From contig CANPZJ010000001.1 in the NCBI GenBank assembly GCA_947588795.1, positions 1 to 44,609 of the forward strand: a stretch of 44,609 nt of DNA. The letters are read 5' to 3'. A program made the position numbers and the translations under genes. The stretch is from an uncultured Bacilli bacterium. Lineage in GTDB: Bacteria > Bacillota_I > Bacilli_A > RF39 > UBA660. Below are positions 16,772 through 26,018 of the stretch, piece by piece; the first letter of the stretch is position 1, and each line of letters begins with the position of its first letter. Below the pieces are notes generated by a model. It was not told the DNA's origin and did no database searches. It was given only the letters and a program-made list of their open reading frames with translations.

Positions 16772-17746
16772 CTATAAACTAAAATCCCCTATTATAGTGC
16801 CATCTTTTTTTGTAATAACTACTTCTTTACCTTCTTTAAAAAGATATACATCATCATAAATATAATAATTAGAATACTTAGGTTCCACTATTACTTTTTT
16901 ATTTTCAAGATCATACAATCCGGTTAAAAGATAACCTTCACTACTATTCTTCATAATAAATATAATTTTTGGATTATCTAAATCAAATTCATAATTATCA
17001 TATTCTCCAAGTTTAAAAACATAATTTCCGTTTGTATCAATAATGCCTTCGCCTTCATCCTTTGTTCTAACTTTGGCATATCCTAATTTGTTAAAATCAT
17101 ATACATAATCATACATCTTATCCCCAAAGACTTGTTCATGTGTTTCTTTATCAACAAAGAAATATTTTTCTTCATTACCTATCCATTTATAAGATGCTTC
17201 AACATCGAAAAGATCTTCTTCTTCAGGTTTTTCTACTTCATTACCATTTTTATCTATATAAATTGTTTCACCATATTCAGGCATGACACGAGCAACACCA
17301 TTATCAAAGCTACCACATTGATAGAAAGTTTTATCAAAAATATTTTTTCCTGTCTTATCGATGTATATGCATTCATTAATGCTACCCGTTAAAACTGCTG
17401 CAATTCCATCAACAAAATTACTTCTATAAAATGAATCATAAGTTCTTTTTTCTGGTGGTAATTCAAATTGTGGTTCAATAACATACTCGCCTTTATTATT
17501 GATATAACCCATTTTATTGTCCTTAAAAACTGCTGCTAGGTCTTCATAAAAACCATAAGCTGTATCATATTGTGATTCTATTACTATTTTTCCTTTAGCA
17601 TTAACATAGCCCCAAGTTGCACCAGTTTGAACAGGATATAAATCTCCATTATTATTAGATCCACCTTTAGAATCTTTACTTCCACATCCCGTTAAACTAA
17701 CTATTAAAACTCCAATTAATAATATACTTAATATTTTCTTCTTCAT
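16772..17746 (-). CDS. Lipoprotein with WG-containing beta-propeller-type repeats
   Basis: I prefer the start at MKKKILSILLIGVLIVSLTGCGS (17744-17746). WG-repeat signatures are TWGYVNAKGKIVIESQYD and KMGYINNKGEYVIEPQF. Confidence 0.8.
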   Translation of the reverse strand: MKKKILSILLIGVLIVSLTGCGSKDSKGGSNNNGDLYPVQTGATWGYVNAKGKIVIESQYDTAYGFYEDLAAVFKDNKMGYINNKGEYVIEPQFELPPEKRTYDSFYRSNFVDGIAAVLTGSINECIYIDKTGKNIFDKTFYQCGSFDNGVARVMPEYGETIYIDKNGNEVEKPEEEDLFDVEASYKWIGNEEKYFFVDKETHEQVFGDKMYDYVYDFNKLGYAKVRTKDEGEGIIDTNGNYVFKLGEYDNYEFDLDNPKIIFIMKNSSEGYLLTGLYDLENKKVIVEPKYSNYYIYDDVYLFKEGKEVVITKKDGTIIGDFSL

Positions 17747-17762
17747 ATTTACCTCAATCATC

Positions 17763-18095
17763 TTAATAAAAGAATGTCCATAAATTTTTAGCATTACATT
17801 TAGGGCATACTTTTTCTCTATTATCGGGATTATTTCTAATTGCTGCTACTACACCAATGTAAATTAAACCAGGAACAATACCCATTACTAAAAAGATAGC
17901 ACCTAAAACATAATCGATTGGTCTTAGTAATGGTCCGAGTACCCAATCGCCTTCATAACCACAACATGTGCATTTTGGCTTATCATGCTTTTTTTCTTTC
18001 TTTTCATCCTTTTCATCTTCTTTTACTTTTGCCCCACAATTAGCACAAAATTTCACATCTTCATCTAATTTACTTCCACATTCTTTGCAATACAT
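17763..18095 (-). CDS. Zinc-ribbon plus LITAF-like membrane-inserted zinc-knuckle protein
   Basis: Start is the ATG at 18093-18095, with AAGGAGAG 8 nt upstream. MYCKECGSKLDEDVKFCANCG is a zinc ribbon. Then comes CTCC, a 25-aa hydrophobic stretch (YVLGAIFLVMGIVPGLIYIGVVAAI) and CPKC, which is the LITAF/SIMPLE-like layout. Confidence 0.7.
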   Translation of the reverse strand: MYCKECGSKLDEDVKFCANCGAKVKEDEKDEKKEKKHDKPKCTCCGYEGDWVLGPLLRPIDYVLGAIFLVMGIVPGLIYIGVVAAIRNNPDNREKVCPKCNAKNLWTFFY

Positions 18096-18127
18096 TTTTA
18101 TCACTCTCCTTCAATTTTTATATATTG

Positions 18128-18649
18128 CTAATTTTCTTTTAATTCATAGATGTTTTTATATTCTTCTACGCCAATTTCACCTTTCATTGATTCAAAATTA
18201 ATTTTATTATTTTCTATATAACCAATATATTCTTCATCTATTTCATCATCATATGGCTCACCAAAACTAGTCATACCAGTACTTTTTGTATAATTAATAG
18301 TTATTTTATTACCTTCTATTTTATAAGTACCTGTTTTACTAGCTTCCCAATATTCATTATAATAAGATGCCTTATTATTTTCTAAAGTTATAGTTAAATT
18401 ATATCCTTCGGCTTCTGTTCCTTTAGTACCTGGATCTATTTCTATATATGTGCCTTCAGTAAAAGCAACCTTATTTTCATTAACATTTTCTTCCTTTGGT
18501 ATATCGTTTGTATTAGTATTAACATTATTTGTATTATTAGGTTCTTCCTTAGATAAGTTATTAGTACCACATCCAGTTAAGGCTATCATTAATATACCTA
18601 TAAGGAATATATTACATAATTTTTTTAATCTATTTATTTTAATATCCAT
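18128..18649 (-). CDS. Lipoprotein, unknown function
   Basis: 173 aa with the lipobox LIGILMIALTGCGTNN and an N-rich linker. Confidence 0.75.
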   Translation of the reverse strand: MDIKINRLKKLCNIFLIGILMIALTGCGTNNLSKEEPNNTNNVNTNTNDIPKEENVNENKVAFTEGTYIEIDPGTKGTEAEGYNLTITLENNKASYYNEYWEASKTGTYKIEGNKITINYTKSTGMTSFGEPYDDEIDEEYIGYIENNKINFESMKGEIGVEEYKNIYELKEN

Positions 18650-19665
18650 GGACTTGACTCACTCCCATCTCCACTAGATAATTCTATATTTGCTTTTAAG
18701 GTAACAATTGGTTTAATATTGCCATCAACTGAGTATTCAAAACTTTCACCTTTTGTATAAGCACCGTCACTACCTTTTAAATAAAGTTTATAAATATTTT
18801 CACTTATATATTTATAAGTATTTAATTTACTATCATAACTAAATCTAGGTAAATCATAATCTATATAATCAGAATTCCAATTTAAATCATGAGCAATTAA
18901 TGTTTCAACATCACCATAAAGCCATACAGCCCAACTATTATTAATTAAGCTTTTATAATTTTCATCAGTAATACAATCATTTAAACCATTATTCATTATA
19001 TAACTTCTATTAAAAGTTACTTCTTGATTATCTAATTTAATTGTATCCCCATAAGTATGACCAGTCATAGAACTATAATAAGTTTTACTAATACTATTTA
19101 AAACATCTTTCTTTGAACCACTTGTATCAATATTTTCATCTCTCGTGTATAAAGATGATTCAGCATCATATGTTTTTAAAAAATATTTTACGGTAGCATC
19201 TATATCTAGCATATTTTCTAAATCTTTTTTACTAATACTTCTACTTGATATAGCATAATTACTATTAGCATATATTTGCGCTATATTATTTAATTCACTT
19301 TTATAATTATCAACACCAATTTGGCCTTTAAAACGTAGACCTGAATCAATTATAGATTTAGCATAACCATCTAAAATTAAGTCAATTGTTCCATCATTAT
19401 TAAGGCTCATTACTCGCCATTTTTCTTCACCAGTTACTTCAAATGTTTGGTCTTTATCATAACCAGTTTTATTTTTAGTAGCTGTATATGATTTTCCTTT
19501 TTCGGCTTGATAATTAACATAATCACCTACTTTTATTTTCGATACTAAACTATTTTTAACAGGCTTATTATTAGTAGTTCCATTTGTAACAGTTTCACTA
19601 CCACATCCAGTTAAACTAATAAGTAAAACCCCAATTAATAATAAACTTAATATTTTCTTTTTCAT
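18634..19665 (-). CDS. Lipoprotein, unknown function
   Basis: 343 aa. MKKKILSLLLIGVLLISLTGCGSE contains a lipobox. Confidence 0.8.
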   Translation of the reverse strand: MKKKILSLLLIGVLLISLTGCGSETVTNGTTNNKPVKNSLVSKIKVGDYVNYQAEKGKSYTATKNKTGYDKDQTFEVTGEEKWRVMSLNNDGTIDLILDGYAKSIIDSGLRFKGQIGVDNYKSELNNIAQIYANSNYAISSRSISKKDLENMLDIDATVKYFLKTYDAESSLYTRDENIDTSGSKKDVLNSISKTYYSSMTGHTYGDTIKLDNQEVTFNRSYIMNNGLNDCITDENYKSLINNSWAVWLYGDVETLIAHDLNWNSDYIDYDLPRFSYDSKLNTYKYISENIYKLYLKGSDGAYTKGESFEYSVDGNIKPIVTLKANIELSSGDGSESSPWILK

Positions 19666-19672
19666 TATTTAC

Positions 19673-20419
19673 TCACTTTCTTTTTTGATAGAATTGTCCA
19701 CCATTACTATTAGCATATCCAGTACCAATTGAATTACCTTTTTTATCACGATACATTGTATTACCTAGATTATCTTTAACAGCATCACCAACAATGTTAC
19801 CTTTTTTATCCATAAATACTTGTGAATCATGCATTCCTTTAAAAGAAGAACCTATAACATTACCTTTAACATCTTCAAAAACTAAGCCACCGTTTAAACC
19901 AGCATAACTTCTGCCAATAACATTACCATTTTTATCTTGATAGATATATCCACCATTATCATTAGCATAACTATAAGCAACATCACCAAAATCCATACCA
20001 GTATTATTAGTTTCTAAAGATTCAAGACTAATATTAAAGATAAGTTTAATTAAGAATTTAAAGATTGGTAATAAATTAGTTAAGAAAATACTAACTAAAA
20101 TTGCTTCAATAATTCCACTTCCTCCAAATAAGGCAAAGATAAAATAAACTATATAATAACTTGCTTGTGATAAGAAATCAAAATAATCAGTATCACCAAT
20201 ATAACCTTTAGCTATTTTAAATTTAATTACAAATTTAGCAATAAAACGATATACAATAGGAAAGAAAGCACAGATAGGAAATAATACCATATTAGCATCA
20301 TTTTTAACAAATAATGTTGTAATAAATAAAAGTAACATACAGATAGGTCCTGCTACTAAACCATATATTACATAGAAAGAACTTTTTTTAATATTATCTA
20401 TTTTGAATAAATCACTCAT
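19673..20419 (-). CDS. Polytopic membrane protein with C-terminal 21-aa YD-like repeats
   Basis: 248 aa with about 4 N-terminal TM helices. The C-terminus has 4.5 repeats of xNGGxh(Y/F)xDxKGNxIGxS(Y/F)xG, for example GGYIYQDKNGNVIGRSYAG and NGGLVFEDVKGNVIGSSFKG. Confidence 0.75.
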   Translation of the reverse strand: MSDLFKIDNIKKSSFYVIYGLVAGPICMLLLFITTLFVKNDANMVLFPICAFFPIVYRFIAKFVIKFKIAKGYIGDTDYFDFLSQASYYIVYFIFALFGGSGIIEAILVSIFLTNLLPIFKFLIKLIFNISLESLETNNTGMDFGDVAYSYANDNGGYIYQDKNGNVIGRSYAGLNGGLVFEDVKGNVIGSSFKGMHDSQVFMDKKGNIVGDAVKDNLGNTMYRDKKGNSIGTGYANSNGGQFYQKRK

Positions 20420-20438
20420 TTTTTAAACACTCCTTTAA

Positions 20439-21401
20439 TTAACCTTGATACGTTACATCAGATCTAGTATCAGCAAAGCCATTATTTTTAAAGACTGAGA
20501 AATACTTATCATCTTGACCACTTATATGGAAAATAATATGATATCCTGAAACATATTCACCAAATTCCATACCAGAATATTTTTTTATTTCAAAAGTACA
20601 ATCAGTTGTATCTATCTTATAATCATTATCTTTATAACTACAAGTATTATCGGTATTTAAAGTAATATCGACAAAAGAATTTTTATACCTACCATATTTT
20701 AATGTATATTCGCCTGCAGTAATTACTTTACTTTCTTCTTCTTTAATTTTTGCTTTTACTTCTTCTACTTTTTTATCTGTTTCTTCTTTTATTTTATCAG
20801 TTACTTGATTTACTTCTTTATCTTCAACTAAATTATAAACAATATCTTTAGCTTTAGAAATATCCTCAACTTTTGCTTTAGATACTTCATCTATAAGAAC
20901 ATATTTTTTTTCAAATTCTGATTTTGTGAAATTTTTAGTAACACCATTTCCATAAGCATCTTCAACAAATAAATCAATTAATCTAATTTCTATTTTGCCA
21001 TCTTCTAATTCACGATAAAATATCCACTCATATTTTTCATCTGCAATATTATATAAAAGTTTTAAATCAAAACCATTATCACGGTAAACACTAAACTTAT
21101 AATCAGAATTTTCATCAAGATATACTGTTCCAATAGCACCATCTGGACTATCTCCTTCAGCATCTGATCCTTGTCCTAATAAAACCATAATAGGTTCAAC
21201 AAAGGCATCTAATTTAATAAAGGCAACTTCAAAATCTTTTTGCTCTGTAAACAAACTATGATCGCCCGAAATATATTCAGCATACTTCTCTTCCCAATCT
21301 TCTTTTAAGAAGGTTTCTTTTTTATTAGTATTATTGTTTCCACAGCCTATTAAAGTTAAAGATAAAATACTAATTAATAATATACTTAACACTTTTTTCA
21401 T
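20439..21401 (-). CDS. Lipoprotein, unknown function
   Basis: I prefer the start at MKKVLSILLISILSLTLIGCGNN (ATG 21399-21401, AAGGAG 11 nt upstream). There is a K/E-rich coiled segment mid-protein. Confidence 0.8.
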   Translation of the reverse strand: MKKVLSILLISILSLTLIGCGNNNTNKKETFLKEDWEEKYAEYISGDHSLFTEQKDFEVAFIKLDAFVEPIMVLLGQGSDAEGDSPDGAIGTVYLDENSDYKFSVYRDNGFDLKLLYNIADEKYEWIFYRELEDGKIEIRLIDLFVEDAYGNGVTKNFTKSEFEKKYVLIDEVSKAKVEDISKAKDIVYNLVEDKEVNQVTDKIKEETDKKVEEVKAKIKEEESKVITAGEYTLKYGRYKNSFVDITLNTDNTCSYKDNDYKIDTTDCTFEIKKYSGMEFGEYVSGYHIIFHISGQDDKYFSVFKNNGFADTRSDVTYQG

Positions 21402-21420
21402 AAACTCACACACTCCTTAA

Positions 21421-22677
21421 TTATATTTTTTTATTTAATTGTCTATAACTAATAATTATACAGCTTATACTAATTAGTATAAGTGATATAAATACATTTA
21501 TATCATCGCCTGTTTGAGGTGGTATTAAATCATTAGTATTAACTACTTCATTTTTATCTACTTTATCACTAGTAGGAATAGTTTTATCGCCAATATATTT
21601 AGCATTAATAGTAAATCCGCTATTATCACCAATAACTTCATATTCATAATCTTTGGTATCATCTAATTTTAAATTATATTCTATTTGTTCTTTTCCAAAA
21701 GAATATTTAATATTTTTAAATAATTCTAAATCAGTTTGCCATTTATCTAAAGTTATTTCTTCTTCTACTTCATCATATTGATTAATTGTTTTAATTAATA
21801 ATTTACTAGGCCTTTTCTGATAAATATTATTATCATCTAACCAATTAACCTTTATAGGTACTTTTATTCTCTCTGCTTTATGATTTATAGTATATATAAT
21901 ATTACCATCTTCATCGGCTTCAACTGTATATGTATAGGTATCATCGGTTAAATTTTTAACTTCGTCTAAAATACCATATTCATATTCTATTTTATTTAAT
22001 TCATTATCAGTTACATCAGTAACTAAATATTTAACTAATTCCATTATATAACTATATTCATCTACTTTTAATTTTACTGTACCACCGACACTATAATAGG
22101 TATCTATTGTATTTATTCCTTTCATATAGAAATAAATATAACGATAATTATCACGACCATTATCATCATTAAATATTTCTTTTACAGGAATATCTCTAGA
22201 TACATCTTTAACTAATGTTATTTCTAAAACATTGGCATCAAAATTACTACAATATGTAGGAGTAACACAGCCAAGTTGACCCTGCTCAAAAATATCAATG
22301 CCTTTTATGTAACTTCTTGGTAAGTTAAAATCTACCGAACTATCAAATTCAAATTTTAAATTTATATTAGTAGAATTGAAAGGAAAAGATATATTAAATG
22401 TCCAATAAGTATAGATACCATTTTCAGTTATTTGAGCATCTTTCTTGTTTAAAGTTAATTCATACTGTACCGTTTTAGTTTTACCACCACTCCAAACTTC
22501 TGCTTTTAAAGGTATTGTAATTTCATCAGGGCGCATATTAAGTTTATTATGAGCATCAACCCACTTTATTACTACTTTGCCACCATAATCAAAATTCCCT
22601 ATCATTATTGCTTTTGTCACTAGTGGAAATAGAAATAAACAAATTAATACAAATATAAAATTTTTTATTTTTTTCAT
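21421..22677 (-). CDS. Cell-wall-anchored protein with CnaB-type domains and a PPQTG sorting signal
   Basis: 418 aa with signal peptide MKKIKNFIFVLICLFLFPLVTKA. CnaB-like segments are KWVDAHNKLNMRPDEITIPL and VNWLDDNNIYQKRPSKLLIK...IEYNL...YEYEV. The tail is IPPQTGDDINVFISLILISISCIIISYRQLNKKI. Confidence 0.85.
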   Translation of the reverse strand: MKKIKNFIFVLICLFLFPLVTKAIMIGNFDYGGKVVIKWVDAHNKLNMRPDEITIPLKAEVWSGGKTKTVQYELTLNKKDAQITENGIYTYWTFNISFPFNSTNINLKFEFDSSVDFNLPRSYIKGIDIFEQGQLGCVTPTYCSNFDANVLEITLVKDVSRDIPVKEIFNDDNGRDNYRYIYFYMKGINTIDTYYSVGGTVKLKVDEYSYIMELVKYLVTDVTDNELNKIEYEYGILDEVKNLTDDTYTYTVEADEDGNIIYTINHKAERIKVPIKVNWLDDNNIYQKRPSKLLIKTINQYDEVEEEITLDKWQTDLELFKNIKYSFGKEQIEYNLKLDDTKDYEYEVIGDNSGFTINAKYIGDKTIPTSDKVDKNEVVNTNDLIPPQTGDDINVFISLILISISCIIISYRQLNKKI

Positions 22678-23627
22678 TTTTTCAATCCTTTCTTCTCTTT
22701 TTTACTATTTTTCTTCTTTTTATTTTTAATAACTATTATAATTACTACACTTATTAATATTACTAAACCTATAATTGGTATTAAATAGTAATTAGACCAT
22801 TTAAATTTTTGAACATTTTGTTTTTCTTTAACTTCTGGTTTATTTTCTTCTTTTATTTCTTCTACTTCTTCTTCATCTCTGGTAATATTTAAGATATAAG
22901 ATGATTCTGATTTATCTTCGGCAGTTACTTTTATAGTAATTATATTTTCACCTACATTTAATTCATAATCTTTTAAACCATCTACTTTAGCTTTACTAGA
23001 ATCAGTTTTACCACTTATCGTAATATTACTAGTTTCATATGGTACATTTAAAATATAAAAATAATTATCTTTAGTAAAATCGAAATCAACACCTTCAATA
23101 GTTAAACTTTTTAAATTACTATTATTTGATTTTTTAGTTGTTGTGATAGTTGTACTTGCTGAACTAGAAGAATTACTAGCAGTTTTAGGTTCCGTTATAT
23201 AGATAAAACCAATTAAGTAAAGATCACTTGCTTCGCCTGAACCAATACCTTTACTTCTATTTCCTTCAGTTTTACCTTCACCACTACCTTTATTTTCAAC
23301 CACATGCATCGTTTCATCATCTACTGATACAACAAAAGCAACATGACCATAACCTTGAAAGCCGGAATAAACCGCAATTGAATTAGGTCTTGCTTCACTT
23401 CCTACTTGATAGCCGGCATTTGCAGCATTTCGATACCAATCAACGGCATTACCCCAACCAGGAAGAGCAATACCAAGTCGATCATAAGCTTCTTGCCAAG
23501 CAACTCTAGTACATGGAGTACTAACTACACCATTAAAAGTTTGAGTTCTAGGATATGGATTAGATGCAGCATAACTTATAATAGGAATTAATAACAAAAA
23601 CAATATTATAAATAATCTTTTTTTCAT
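22674..23627 (-). CDS. Secreted CHAP-domain peptidoglycan hydrolase with cadherin-like beta-sandwich domain and C-terminal TM anchor
   Basis: 317 aa. CHAP Cys/His motifs are STPCTRVAWQ, WGNAVDWY and GYGHVAFV. The SNLKSLTIEGVDFDF...ITIKVTAEDKSESSYILNITR module follows. The C-terminus is a TM plus a K-rich tail. ATGA overlap with the downstream gene. Confidence 0.85.
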   Translation of the reverse strand: MKKRLFIILFLLLIPIISYAASNPYPRTQTFNGVVSTPCTRVAWQEAYDRLGIALPGWGNAVDWYRNAANAGYQVGSEARPNSIAVYSGFQGYGHVAFVVSVDDETMHVVENKGSGEGKTEGNRSKGIGSGEASDLYLIGFIYITEPKTASNSSSSASTTITTTKKSNNSNLKSLTIEGVDFDFTKDNYFYILNVPYETSNITISGKTDSSKAKVDGLKDYELNVGENIITIKVTAEDKSESSYILNITRDEEEVEEIKEENKPEVKEKQNVQKFKWSNYYLIPIIGLVILISVVIIIVIKNKKKKNSKKEKKGLKK

Positions 23628-23630
23628 ACA

Positions 23631-24653
23631 TTACCACCGATCACAAACTAAATTATATTCTTCACATAATTTTTCGGATAAAAGACCTGCTTCATATTTA
23701 CCATAAACACCATAACCAGGAAATACTACTTTAATAGAGCCACTTAAAGCACTAGAAATCTCAGAATCTAAACCATCTCTTACACTTTTCATTCCATTAT
23801 ATAAAGTTGTAAATGGTGTTTTACTAACAGTTATATATTCATATTTATAATCAACACTATGATTTTCACTATAATTTTGAAATTGACTACCAACAATTGG
23901 TGTAAATTTAACTCCCTTATATGTTTTATTTTTAATATTATTTAATATTGTTTTAGCATTATTTTCTTTGGCTGTATCAAATTGTAATTTATCAAAAGCT
24001 GCATACCATTCATCTATTCGTAAATCTAGTCCTTGACTAGCAGGATCTTCATCTTCCCAAGAAAGTTCTATACGACTTTTACCAGCAAGACTTGGAAAAA
24101 CATCACCTAAATTTGTAATAAAATAATAACCAGTAGGTTGGGTATAATTTTCGTAATCAATAGATGTTGTCATATTTTCATTTAAATTTATTTTATCAAT
24201 AGTTGAAGTATATTTAGTACTATTACTACTAGATGTATTTTTGCTACTACTAGAACTACTTGTTGAAGATTTATCTTCTTCTTTTTTCCAAGTAGCTGTT
24301 AATGTTATATTTTCATTTATTTCTGTTTGAAAATCAAAATCTTCTTCGTTTATTTTCCAACTTACAAATTCATAACCAGTTCTTTTGGGATCTTCTGGTT
24401 TAGTTATTTTTTCTCCCTTTTTAACAGTAATACTTTCTACAACAGATCCACCATTAGGATTAAAAGTAACTTTATATTCTTCTACTTCTTCTGTTTGTTT
24501 ATCTTTTTCCTTTTCTTCTATTTTTGGTGTATTATCATTATTATTTTTCTTACTATTTAAGTAAAGAATTGTACATGTGGTACCAATAGCAGCTAAAATT
24601 AAAATAATAATAACAGTTATTATAAATTTTTTATTTTTAAATAATTTTTTCAT
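23631..24653 (-). CDS. Membrane-anchored protein with Listeria-Bacteroides (Flg_new) repeat
   Basis: N-terminal TM (the track start at 24668 is also possible). YKVTFNPNGGSVVESITVKKGEKITKPEDPKRTGYEFVSWK matches the repeat. The C-terminal domain is unknown. Confidence 0.8.
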   Translation of the reverse strand: MKKLFKNKKFIITVIIILILAAIGTTCTILYLNSKKNNNDNTPKIEEKEKDKQTEEVEEYKVTFNPNGGSVVESITVKKGEKITKPEDPKRTGYEFVSWKINEEDFDFQTEINENITLTATWKKEEDKSSTSSSSSSKNTSSSNSTKYTSTIDKINLNENMTTSIDYENYTQPTGYYFITNLGDVFPSLAGKSRIELSWEDEDPASQGLDLRIDEWYAAFDKLQFDTAKENNAKTILNNIKNKTYKGVKFTPIVGSQFQNYSENHSVDYKYEYITVSKTPFTTLYNGMKSVRDGLDSEISSALSGSIKVVFPGYGVYGKYEAGLLSEKLCEEYNLVCDRW

Positions 24654-24718
24654 ATATATCACATCCATTTTTTTTGTATTGTTTTAAATAATTCTTTCAT
24701 TACATCATCTTTTAAATT

Positions 24719-25960
24719 TTATTTTTCAAATAATATAGAATAAAAATATTCATTATTAAACTTAGAAATTCCTATACCTATCTTAGTAAATTTTTCATTA
24801 AAAATATTTTGACAATCCACATCACCATAATCACAATAAAAAACTAGTGACTTATAAACTTGTTGCATGTCTTTTCCACCTCTAGAAGAAGACTCTGACA
24901 TAACGCTACCATGTTCTATTCCTAAATCATCTAAAACTGTAGTATAATATTTACCATTTGGTCTATCATGGTTATAATCATTCATATATCCTACTTCCAT
25001 TGCTCTTATAGAAGCTCCTAAAGATAAACTATTATCTAATTTATATTCATATAGACTATTAGCTTTTCTATTTTCATTAATAATATTAAATAATTGATTT
25101 ATTTCTTGTTTATAAGTTGTCAAATTACTACTTGCTTCACTACGCATTTCTTTAGCGTCATCCCTAAATTTAGATGGGTCATAATAAGTTTGCCTAGAAT
25201 CTTCAATTTTTTCTTCTGTTCCATCTTTTCTAGTAGTAATTTTATACTTTACAATCGTATATTGTTCTATTCCATATTTATATTCTTTTCTATCAATCTC
25301 TTCTTCTTCATATTTAGTTGCTGTATCAGTTGTTGTTGAATTATTATTAGTAGTAGTATTCTTATTTGTGGTATTAGTTGTTTTTTTCTTATTAACTTTT
25401 AAAGTAAAATTTTCTTCTGTTTTATTATTACTACTATCATTAGCAACATATTTTAATTTATAAGTTCCTTCTTTATTAAAATCATATTCACCTTCAACTA
25501 TTACTTCTATTTTTTCTTTTGAATTATCACTAGCTTTAACTTTTTTTAATAAATTTATTTTAGTTCCCACAGTTGTACTTAATTCTTTAGAAAATTCTAT
25601 TATTGGCTTAGTTGTATCGACTATATTTATTTTAAAAGGATATTCTTTTTCTTCTTCATTTTCTAAATATTTAACAATTAATTCTTTTTCTCCTAAAGAA
25701 GTAGTATCTATTTTATCATCAATATTTATAATTTCGATATCATTATTTTCTTCTAACAAATCTGTAATTTTTACTTCACTATTAATTTCAACATTTAAAT
25801 TTTCTTTTAATTTAATAACTATTTTTTCTTGTTTATTATCTTCTACCTTTTGTTTATCTTTAGAATTATTAAATAAATTAACCCCTAGTACAACAACCGT
25901 CGTTAATCCTAAAACTCCTAAAATTATTCCACTAATTATTTTAATCATTTTTTCTTTCAT
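24719..25960 (-). CDS. Membrane-anchored protein: Ig-like (DUF5011-type) domain plus degenerate CAP/SCP-like domain
   Basis: 413 aa with AGAGAGG upstream of the ATG. DTTKPIIEF...GTYKLKYVANDSSNNKTEENFTLKV is the Ig-like module. The C-terminal INENRKAN...NHDRPNG...IGIGIS resembles YkwD/CAP. Domain calls are tentative. Confidence 0.75.
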   Translation of the reverse strand: MKEKMIKIISGIILGVLGLTTVVVLGVNLFNNSKDKQKVEDNKQEKIVIKLKENLNVEINSEVKITDLLEENNDIEIINIDDKIDTTSLGEKELIVKYLENEEEKEYPFKINIVDTTKPIIEFSKELSTTVGTKINLLKKVKASDNSKEKIEVIVEGEYDFNKEGTYKLKYVANDSSNNKTEENFTLKVNKKKTTNTTNKNTTTNNNSTTTDTATKYEEEEIDRKEYKYGIEQYTIVKYKITTRKDGTEEKIEDSRQTYYDPSKFRDDAKEMRSEASSNLTTYKQEINQLFNIINENRKANSLYEYKLDNSLSLGASIRAMEVGYMNDYNHDRPNGKYYTTVLDDLGIEHGSVMSESSSRGGKDMQQVYKSLVFYCDYGDVDCQNIFNEKFTKIGIGISKFNNEYFYSILFEK

Positions 25961-26018
25961 AAATAAACCTCTCTTTTAATTATATTAAATCGTTATTTAA
26001 TTTAATAATACATAGTAT

